Assembly (NCBI GenBank): GCA_030141605.1 | Contig: JAQGDQ010000078.1 | Span: 558,001 to 622,000 of the forward strand | Origin: Tubiluchus corallicola | Taxonomy: Eukaryota; Animalia; Priapulida | Reading direction: 5' to 3' | Length of the DNA stretch: 64,000 bases | Part shown: piece by piece, positions 1 to 10,400 of the stretch | Layout of the letters: every line of letters begins with the position of its first letter | Numbering within the stretch: the stretch's first letter is position 1 | Program-made: the position numbers and the translations under genes | The notes under the pieces: generated by a model | Seen by the model: the letters and a program-made list of their open reading frames with translations, nothing else | The model's database searches: none | Told to the model about the DNA's origin: nothing

Positions 1-100
1 CAATAAAATGTTCGTTATTTTTTAGCATAATATCGAACAACATCATGTGATACACTAGAAGTCCGCTAAACATTTTACAAGTACTTGCACAGTTTACATA

Positions 101-272
101 CAGTCAAACCTCTTTATGCCACTTGCTTTGGGACTGCAAAAAATTTGGTGTTAATTGAGTTTGGCAATATAACACGTGCATTAATACATTCACATCTACG
201 CAAATATAAACATTTTGTTTTGCCAAAAATATGGGCATTAAGCGAAGTTGGTGTTATAACGAGGTTTAACGG
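101..272. mobile_element. Short Tc1/mariner-pogo-like MITE (family A)
   Basis: TA|CAGTCAAACCTC...GAGGTTTAACGG ends. Related copies at ~6230-6407 and 60411-60587 share the internal ACATTTTGTTTT(G/C)CA segment. Confidence 0.65.
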
Positions 273-1204
273 ATATTACTTCACTTAATGGACTCCACGG
301 TAAACTGAAATTTAAAAGCACAGTCCAAAATTTCAAATCGACTAGAAATGTTCGTTGAATACTTTGCCAAACTTCATATAAATTTTACGTACGTTCATTT
401 CCTATTGAAACAGATAATATCAATAAACTGGCAAATAAATGAAAATGAGTCTTCTCCCTACAATATTGTAGTGATTCGGTAAACAGCTCTGCAATATTTT
501 TAGATCCACTCCCTTAGTGGTCATCCACATTATAACGATATCAAGTTTAGGGTAGGTGTAGGTGGGTGACAGGAGACGTGATGACACCTAGAACGTAAGG
601 TAGGCAAGTGATTCAGTCATGATATTGTTATCTGAATAGGTCAATGAGAAAGAGTTCCATGAATTGGGGCTGCCACCATCTCCACTGCCGATGCCAGTAG
701 AATCCACTGATGGTTTCCCGTTAATTAACACAAGTTATGTTGTTGCCTGTCCTTGGAAGCAGAAAGAGTAAAATGTGCAAAAAGTTACATTGGTGTGATA
801 CTGATATTGATATAAGAGGTAGGTACGTGGTGCGGCATATGATAACGCCATTATAATGAAAGGTAGGCAGGTCCTTCAAATTGGCCGAAAACTTGATATT
901 GTTATATGTGGATGGCCTCTTAGCAAAAAAGGAAACTTGAGAGCTGCTTGCCTCTTTCACGCTTTAATGAATGATGTCATGATGACCTGAGTATTGCAAG
1001 TGCCTCGACCTGACTTATACGCCCAAGGAGAACATCCAACAACATGCTGTGTCGTACAATAATATGAATCGGCGAATTCATTAAGAAACATATTTTCACT
1101 AACCCATAATTAAATTTCAAACTAAAAATTACCCAAAAGAGAAATTGAACTAATTAACTTGAAAATAAGGCGGAGGTTTTCTGCGACTTGTCATTGTCAT
1201 AAGT

Positions 1205-1428
1205 GTAAAAGAAGTCAAAATGCCTATTAAGTCTCAAAAAATTCTTTATTTTTCTCAGAAACTTTCGTCCTCGAGTACTTCATCAGCTGAAATCAACTCG
1301 ACACAGTCTAAGTCTTGATCAAGATCGTTCAGGATCCTTGATCTAGTTCAGCTGATGAAGTCCGAGGGAGAAAGCTTCTAAAAAAATAAAGATTTTTTGG
1401 GCTTAATGGGCATGTTGACTTCTTCTGC
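1205..1428. repeat. Fold-back (long imperfect palindrome), MITE-like
   Basis: AGAAGTCAAAATGCCTATTAAG...CTTCATCAGCTGAA pairs with TTCAGCTGATGAAG...CTTAATGGGCATGTTGACTTCT. Confidence 0.8.
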
Positions 1429-1956
1429 AGTTAATCTAAATAGTTAGAATAACTCTAGTGTCAGTGATATAACACTGGAAATGTTCAATTTGATTGGTCA
1501 GCTACGAGGGATGAACGGTCGTCTAAGCCATCTGCAATGTAAACAGATGGCCCTTCATTCAAATCCAGGCTGCATTACAACTGAGTTTGTAATATCAGAA
1601 ATAATAATTTTGACATTAGAGTTATAATAACTTACTTTTAGAAGTTTCACTATCAAGCTAGTATAATTTACAAACAACATATAGTATAGGGAAGGTTACT
1701 ACTACTGTGTGTAAGTGATTGTAGAAGTACAACTGGAAACATGCATGTATAAGCAAAAATGGACAGAAACTTTCATTCACTGTAATATTAGAGGGTTCTT
1801 TTAAGAGTGTTCAGAGGTTAAATCACCCCTGCAAAAATTCCTTATGGGATTTGCAGGAGTGCTCACCAAAAAATTTGTACAGCATTTGTTAATTTAATTT
1901 GCTTTCGCATCATCTATTTCCAGTTATACTTTTTACGGTAATGATAATTTGCCTGA

Positions 1957-4311
1957 TTACTTAATCATGCAGTTTATCAACATGTCTCTATAGGTTTTAA
2001 TTTCTGCTGTCAATTTTCCGATTTTCGCAATTCGTTCTTCCTTTGCTTTTTCCAGAATTTTTACCTGCCCTTCCATCTCCTTGTTTTTCTGGCGTTTGCT
2101 TTGACGCGAGCGTCTTGAAGAATCATTATTTCTTCTTCTTCGCTCTGCCTGAAGTTCTTCGGCAGACATGATTTTCTTTGGTGAGCAGATGGGCACCGTA
2201 TTCTTGCTACTTTGACTTGGTTGTTCGTTTGACATCTCTTGGCTGTCTTTCCGACTAACTGGTTTCTGTTCTAGCTCATCATATTCTTTGTGCTCTGGAT
2301 AATACCATTGCTCACTGTTAAGTAGCGGAGGAATGTTGTGGACAACTGTCAGAGTTCCGTTAATTTCAATCAGATCGTATTTTATAACATCAGGATTTTT
2401 TTCTGTAGTTTCTTTGCTTAGTGTATCAATTAAGCCAGATTCTTTGATACTTGTTTTCGTATATTTAATAGCTGGTGAAAATTTGGAATCAAGATCATCA
2501 ACCAAACTGATTTTCCGTTTGATTCCATTGGATTTTTGATCTTCATTTTCACATCCATCCTCACTTGTAACCTACAAAATGTGACATCGTAGTAACTGCT
2601 TTTCACATTAGTCACATCAAAGAAAAATTAAAATTTCAACAGCAGTATTATTTGCTATACCATCTACCTGGCAACATTGTTAAATAGGCTCTTACTTCTT
2701 GCACATCCTTGACGTCCTCGAACAGATTTTCCAGAAATTTACTCAAGTCGAATAAGGTGTCCTCGGTAGCATCAAGTGACTCATTTTCCATATGCCCATC
2801 TGCCAACTTAGCCAAGCCTGCTAAACAGATATTTTCGTGTCTCAAATGTAGTGTCTCACAATATTAAACTAGCTATCTAATCTAATCTTGTCTATTGGCC
2901 AACTATTAGACTTGTCTATTGGCTAGCTATGTAAACAATTTGCTGGTGAAATATAGGTCTGTATCACAGTGTTCTACAACAACTGATGCCAAGTATATTG
3001 GTCTAGCTATCGCTCCATCTCTGTTGTGACGTAAACATGCTCAGGGTAAATCGGGACATCAGCTTGATTTTAATGATAACTCTCCTTATTTAACAATATG
3101 ACCACTAATCAGCAGATAAACTGATTGCACTTTTTCTTACAAAAAATTACCAAAGCAGGTTATTTTTACAGAAATTAAAACTTCAAGTAGCAAAAAATGT
3201 CTTTACAATTCAAGCAGAGTGTAGCGACAAGAACTACAAAATGCATTGAGAGAGTGCGTAGTCGGACCGTTATTATAAAGGATCAAAGCCAGAAAGCCAG
3301 TGTTGAGACAAATGGGCAACAACAGGGAAGTCCCAATGACATCTTTTAACATGATTATAAGCAGAAAAATAGCTAATAACTAATATTACGTTGATCAATA
3401 ATATAAATTTTGACCACATCTGAAGTAAGACACCATAATGACAACAACTTTATTAACTGCTGACAAGAAGAGATATTTGTTCAAAGAGACACACTGCATT
3501 ATTGGTAGCGCAGCACAACCGAACCTTAACATGACAGACACATTGAATTAATTTGACCGTGAAGATCTTATTGAGGTTTATAAAAAACTGACCAGGAAAC
3601 AAAACATTTTGCCTGAATGTGGGCTGTCTGCGTGTGTGCTCACTTACCCCATAACCATGACAGTTATCACGGATTACCATGGATAATTTCAACTCTACCG
3701 CCAAGCCTCAACTATTGCTAACAAGCTTATTCCAGTTCCTACAACCTGCACAAACCCATCTAAAGGTACTCAGACTTTAATTTTTACAGGTTAAACTTGA
3801 ATCATTTATACCTGCTAACTCGGGCTTCAATTTCATCTGTTCAAGTAGGCCATTTGTGGTTTGCGATCATTAAAGCAGTGTAATATGTTTGGCCTAACTT
3901 CGTTGAACACGAAATAACCTGAAAGAACGGCGACACGTAGGCTCTGCAGCTGTGTGAAAAACAAAGCACACTGATTGGGCAGTCAGCAGAGCTTGAGTGA
4001 GAATGATTAACATTTTGTATGACTAATTAGAGAGCAGAGCACACAAAATTTCTGATATTTATTGTTTTTTCCTACACAATTTATTTGTTACACTTACTGG
4101 TGTTAAATGGCCACCGGTCTTCTAGGCCGAAGCACGAGGAGCAAGGGCGGAGATCCCAGGCATTTCCGCACCCTGTGTCCACACCAACATCCATCCCTTC
4201 TTCCTCTGACAAAAGATCTTGTATCAGAGCGTCCGAAAGCTTTTCCACGGGCCAGTCACTGTTGTCTATGCAACTGATAGCGATATTAGCCGCTTGCTCT
4301 TCCCCAATCAT
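1957..4311 (-). CDS. bZIP transcription factor, C/EBP superfamily (CHOP/DDIT3- or Xrp1-like), ~317 aa, 3 coding exons
   Basis: Coding exons are 4311-4098 (caacATG; donor CCA|GTAAGT, phase 1), 2820-2696 (acceptor tttag|cag; donor GAA|GTAAGA, phase 0) and 2571-1957 (acceptor ttttgtag). They total 954 nt. The C-terminus has a basic region ERRRRNNDSSRRSRQSKRQK and a zipper ending KLTAEIKTYRDMLINCMIK; the N-terminus is acidic. Upstream exons are 5045-4984 and ~7084-7027. Confidence 0.8.
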
Positions 4312-4582
4312 GTTGTATAACAATTCTTGTTCCGCTGTACTGACAGTGGTATCACACCAGATGGAATCCACAATTTCAGACCTAGAAGTGCAACAGATCG
4401 GTTAGAACTGTTGACTAAGACTTTTTTTACTAACAAAGCTTAATAAAATAAAAGTACTGATTGTGCACCACACTGGTGCAAGCAGCTATTTGTAGCCCTC
4501 AAGCAACCATTAAAACAAGTGAAAACCACACACGATTTAATAAATGAATTAGATTTTAGAAACCTGAAATAATGTGTGTATA

Positions 4583-4618
<36 letters not shown>

Positions 4619-5005
4619 GGATATGAAACATTATAATTATGTATGTATATTTAGAACGAATTGTTATACTTTGTACATATTATATGTATGTATGTATGTA
4701 TGTATGAATGTATGTATATGAATGAGATCACATCCTATTAAGTTTTCAAATAAAAACTTTGTATTTGACACATTTTAATTTAATTGACTGGTCAGGAGCT
4801 CAGCACTCCAGTCTCGTAAGACCCATGACAGTCTTGATACTACAATAAAAAACACATTATCTAAGAATTTTACAAAAAATTAGATAGTTAATTTTGTGAT
4901 ATTCTTGCAGGAACATTAGGTAAGCTGCACAAGTTTGAATTAGTTAAGCAGCAGATGCTTATGGAAAGCCACGACGCACTTACGAAAAGTCAAGAAGTCC
5001 ATCAT
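4308..5005 (-). other. Spliced upstream ORF (31 aa, MMDFLTFRLKLWIPSGVIPLSVQRNKNCYTT*) in the bZIP 5' leader
   Basis: caaaATGATG starts at 5005 in exon 5045-4984 (ttttcag acceptor, C|GTAAGT donor). It is spliced to the exon starting at 4381 (cttctag acceptor). Its TGA at 4310-4308 overlaps the main ATG at 4311-4309. Confidence 0.7.
4586..4720. repeat. (TA)n and (TATG)n microsatellites
   Basis: Directly visible. Confidence 0.9.
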
Positions 5006-5128
5006 TTTGAAGCAAATGGCGGTCACTTGTCGACGTTTACCTCCCCTGAAAATTTCTATACAGAGGTGGAACTTTGTGCTTTAGAGACAGTTTTTGCAAA
5101 TTTCTCTGTTATATTTTTCTAGGTTTAA

Positions 5129-5799
5129 AGGACAAGAAAAGGGATACCTGATACCTAAAGTAGGTATCAGAAAAATCGCCTTACAAAATTATATTACTTT
5201 ATAGCAATTTTATGTTATATGGTACTCACGTTGAAAGGATTTTTTGTTTGTTTTCATTTTAAATCTCCCTCAATACTGTTCCGTCAGCGCCATTACATGA
5301 CGTCATATACGTACAATGTAAAACAAGAGAAGAAAGAGAAATGTTAAACTATGTCCCAAAAAACTTTCCATGCAAAATTATATTGCTTAGCATTTCACTT
5401 ATCTGCTTCAAAGACTTAAGTAACTAGGAAAGAAAATTATTAATTATTTAGATGCTTTCACCAATTGGTAAAATGTTGCAGTCTCACTCTGCAGGGTGCA
5501 CCACTCATTAACCAAAAACGTATTTCTAATCTTATTGACAAGATACAGTAATTTTAAATTTTACTTAGTTAGTGAGGTGTGCGCCACGAATGCTTATTTT
5601 TTCAAACTTTACACAATATTGTTTAAACTTGTTTCAAAATGAGTTATCGTCAAGATGGCTGCGGAAGTTTAAATTTACATGTTTTATACAGCATTATTGC
5701 CAAAGCAAGTCTAATATGCAAAAAGGCAGTGCGCGTAAGTGGTATGAAATTTCAAGACAAATTTTTTAAGCTTTTGTAAGTTGAGGGTTTTCTTGTGCT
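5129..5799. mobile_element. TTAA-flanked non-autonomous DNA transposon (Kolobok/piggyBac-type target), copy 1
   Basis: TTAA|AGGACAAGAAAA...TTTTCTTGTGCT|TTAA; colinear with 39699-40351. Confidence 0.8.
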
Positions 5800-7026
5800 T
5801 TAAGTGATACGAGTAAAATAAGTCGAATATGTTAAGTGACTTGACCTTTCCTTTAAGTTCTCTAGAAAACTGACCAGTGACTAGCTTATCTCTCAATTTT
5901 AATGTTTTGATTACAAAACAATAGCAAATTGCACAATAATATTCTAGTCAAAACGAGGAGAAATACTAGGCCTATATTTCTGTTAATATCCAGTTCAACA
6001 CAGTTGTGATAATATGTCCAATCAAACACTCATGAAGCATCATAATGTTTCTCATACATTTCCCATATAAAGATCAATATTTTCTTTTAAAAAATGGGGT
6101 ACACAGCTGGACATCATATTGTCTTATGAACTCAAACTGATCACTGGTTATGTAAAATATAAGTTGTTGTGTAAATGTTGTTCTGCTTAGCAAAAGTGTT
6201 GTAATCTGTTACTAAGAGATAAGACAACAACTTCAGAAAAGTTGGCATTAGGCCAGTTCAAAATGGTATTACAACAAGCTGTGTTAATACATACATGTCT
6301 ATACAAGCATAGACATTTTGTTTTCCAAAGCTTTGGAGATTAAAAGCGAGGATGGCATTATAAAGAGGTATTTTAGAGGGTAAGGGCGTTATAACGAGGT
6401 TCGACTGTAGATCTAGTTTTTAGATCTTAAGAGGATATGAAATAATTTTTACAGAATACACGAGTGCTTTTATAACTGACAAATTTAATGATGAAATAAC
6501 TGATTGCTTATTACTTGACCATAAAAACCTGGCGTTTTATTGCTGATAATTAACATGCAAAATATATTTTAAGGCGTCAACTTGAACCAAAATTAAAGTA
6601 CGTTCTGCTCTTCACTCGTATGTTTCAATTATAACTGTATTTTCACTAATAGGGATTATTTAACACTTCTTTTTTATAATAAAGTGCCATAGATTACTGT
6701 AATAACGTGTTGTACTTATTCAAGTGAGTAAATAAATCATATTAGCTCCAATAATTAAAAGTCTCGGTTATTACTAATAATGAAACAGTTTTGTAGTGTG
6801 AATAATGAATACTGTGTTCCATGTTGATGTTACTAAATTTCACTCGAGACCAGAAACCTAGAGCAGATCAATGTAGGCCTACTGTTTGCCAAAAATTTAA
6901 TTAGAAAGTCATTGCAGAATTTCGTGCTTTAATATAAGCACTGCACAAAATTATACCGAGTTTATCCAATTCAGTTTTAAGCCTACAATTGTTGTAATTA
7001 ACTACTTTTTATCTTTAAAATCGTAC

Positions 7027-7155
7027 CTTCTTCACGTTCACTGTGGCAAAACCTTTCAACCGTCTCCTTTTCTCGTTGCTTTCTGATTTCGCCGGTGTTG
7101 TGCAATTCTGTTTATAAAGGTTCTAAAAATAGAGATGATGTCATATACAGCCAAT
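7027..7155 (-). promoter_or_regulatory. Core promoter and non-coding first exon of the bZIP gene
   Basis: Read on the minus strand: CCAAT box (7151-7155, reverse orientation), CRE/ATF-like ATGACATCAT (7144-7135), TATAAA (7116-7111), Inr-like TCAG ~32 nt downstream (~7084), then donor AAG|GTACGA at 7027/7026. Confidence 0.6.
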
Positions 7156-10100
7156 CACATGTAACAAATAATGGAGTCAGTTATTTTCTGAGCCAGGGTG
7201 GCGTTCCCTGCTTGAATGATAAACGTTTATTAAATTCAGAATATCAGAAGTACTTGTAATGAATTTTTTAAACGTCCAAGTAGCGAAATTGCACAAATTT
7301 ATACTTGGTACTTTTCACGCTACGAACTTTAATTATCCTAGTTTCGCTCATGCAATTATGTTGCTGCTCGCTTCCCTAAGTTCGATGATGGTTTTATTTT
7401 TGCGGTTAAAGGTGCCGTAAGTCGATTTTGAGGTAATATAATTAGTACACATAGAAAAATGTTATCACAGACTAAAATTACAGCAGTTATTATAAAAACT
7501 GACAAGACAAGCAAAATATTTACAGATACAAACATGGGTATTTTACAATTTCAAAACTTATTGTAAAAATAATTTCGTTCCATTAGGAATGGTACATTCA
7601 AGCATAAGTTGACATACCATTAAAATGAATATTGATAAAAACTAACAGGTAAATCATTTCAAACTTGAACTTTTGATATGTCCATAGTTATTATATCGAC
7701 CCTAATCCAAGGCTGAATTGTCTCAAAAATTCAGTTACATGAAGCCGATAAAATGTGTAGTGCAGTCTGGTAAACTGTTGACAATTAAGGTTTTTTAGGT
7801 GGGCAGTAATTTACGACAGCAAAATGTTACTTTACAAAACAAACAAGATGATCGTTAATACTTGTTTCAAAAATTTTAAAGAGACAAGTTAAAACACTGA
7901 TTGTGCATAATTTTGCTTATACATAGTGTCATCTCTTTTTTTCCGATCAGATGGAATTTTATTTGCATTGGGCAGATAGTGATTGGTGAGCTTGCATAAG
8001 GGGTAGTTATTTTCAAGTTCTTTGTTGAGATGTTATTACATCCAGTTGCCTTTTTTTGGCATTAATTCAGTAAACATATCATTGCACTGCATCAATTATT
8101 TTTATTTGTTAAGTGATTTATGCAATTCCTCAGGGATTTCATGGTCATTGGTTTAATCTATTACAATGAGCGTTTTGGAAATATAGGAAATATAGTTGAC
8201 TGGTGCTCATTCGTCAATATCGCGGAATATACAAAGTTTGTTAAGCACGATTCAAAACTGGTTTGACAAGTTGACCACCGGCCTGAATTGGTGAGAGTTG
8301 TCGTGGCTGTTGCTTCTGTCTTTGACTGGTGCGTCGGATCGCTAAAGATTTGCCACATACGGGCTTTTCATAAAAGTGTAGTGTTGAAAAGTTCGTCCAT
8401 TTCCTGTTATTCTTTTTTGTACAGTGCTAGTCTGGCCAGATATAATATTTGGCATTACTGGATTGCGTGTAACTACTAGTATAATTAGCAGCGAAACCAA
8501 ATACGTTGATGTTAGGTCTACGTGTAACGATACGACTGCCGTTCCTCTTCAGTTCCAGTGCTGGGAACGACGTTGACAGTTAGAATTTAATCATTTACAG
8601 GCTCTTTGAAAAAGATCAGTCCTTCTAATTATAAAAACGTTGTGTGCTAGTTGGAAATTTTGTTTGTGAAACATATTATAATATGGAAATATTAGGTTTA
8701 TTGAGTATTGAAGCTATCAATCATCAATAGTCATGATTGTTATCGGTTAACCCAGCGTGAAGACTGGTAGTGGCATAGAAGACTGCGATAGGTAATTATG
8801 CGCTGTAATACATAAATAATATTATTAAGTTTTAGCGCCTGGTTAAAAATTGACATTCACAAGCTGAGACCACAGCTATGTGTTAGAGTGTTCAATTTGA
8901 TGAAGTTAACACATTATCATGAAGAAGAAGAAGATATCTAATTCGACATCTGCAACCACCCTTCAATGATTTTTTTTATTACTTAATTGATTACGTATAT
9001 ATGGCTCTAATATGGCTGTATCTTAGTTTTAATTTTAAAAAAATGTATGCATTAGAAAAACAGGCACAAATCTGCTAGCAGTCTATGTATAAAGTGCAAA
9101 TAAATGAAGTATAAAGTGCATATGAATCATTTGCCAATGATGATTTTTAAGTTTTAATATGAAACCAATGTAGTCATTCATTCATTCACTGGAATCTATT
9201 TCACTCCTTGTTTCTGCTTTATCTAATATAATAATAATCAAAACTACAGAAATTTAAATTACACCTTAGTTAAGGACATAAAAAATGAGTGTTCAAAAAT
9301 GGCATGAGAATTCTATGCACTTTTTTCTATTATAATTATAAATTTGGTAATAGCCTGTCCAGTGCTACAAGACACAAAGATTTTTATTTCTATAAGCAGT
9401 TAAGGTTAAATTTTTGTCAGTGTTATTTCTAGTGTTTACAGGGGTAGCAAAAAGCAGACTCCGATACCCTTTTCCTTATACCCGTTGGGTACCTGGGGGT
9501 AATCATTTATATTCACAAATAAAAACAACCACTGGTGCATTTTAACTAGCTGCACTGTTATGTTAACAACAAGCAAGCATTCATTTATTATACCCTGGGA
9601 GCCTGAATACACGAACTTTAAGTCATGAAAATTAGTATTTTTCCCAAAAGGCATTTGACTGATTTTTTTATCTGCCAGGCTTGTTTATTAGTTCATTGCA
9701 CGCTTTGTCCACGAGTCAGTTATGTCAGCCTAGGTACCTCACTGAGCATATTATTGCAGCATAGAGGTTAAAAGAATAAAATAATCTATATTATCCTTTT
9801 TGTGTGCTATTAAATTTAACAGTCCGTTTATTCGTATCTTTGTTAGTGACCTGAAATAGGTTTTTAAAGGTTAATAAGCAGTTTCATTTGGATAATTAAC
9901 CTGTTGTTAAAGAAATCATAGTTTGTTTTTTGTAAGTTACCCCCATGGCAAAAATGGTTTGGTCTGCCAACTCCGTACTGGCTGTTAGTCTGGCATGCTG
10001 CCGACGCAGCAATTAATAGTCTGTTAGCAGGCATCTACTATAGAAGTACACTCAGAAGGTGGTATTTAAAGTTTAAATTCTCTAACAATAGATGTCGTAT

Positions 10101-10400
10101 TACAAAATTTAATAATGTCAACATTTTCATTGTTAGAACTGGATAGAAATATTAGGCTCAGGTAATAAACAATGCGGGTAATTACTCGGGTACCTGATGG
10201 AAATACTATTTATCTAGACAGTAAAGCAGAGTGCTTGCTGAGGAAGTTTTTAATTTATTTTGATCGTATATTTGTAGATGCGATTGACCTGTGTTTTTTT
10301 TTTAAAGCTTGCCGAGTACTTCCATTGGAGAAATGGTTTTTGAATTACCATTTGAAAGTATAGTCAAGATTATTTGAAGTTTCCAAGAGTGCCAACTACC

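Noticed and set aside
2333-2615. ORFs 2333-2539(+) and 2430-2615(-)
   Set aside because: Antisense or alternate-frame shadows of the bZIP last exon.
2743-2799. Out-of-frame ATG overlapping the internal MENES methionine (ATF4 uORF2-like)
   Set aside because: Once the upstream in-frame exon (4311-4098) is included, this ATG is internal to the CDS.
3648-3745. Strong minus-strand donor GGG|GTAAGT with a nearby acceptor inside bZIP intron 3
   Set aside because: The candidate exon has a stop in the required frame. It could be a poison exon, but nothing else supports it.
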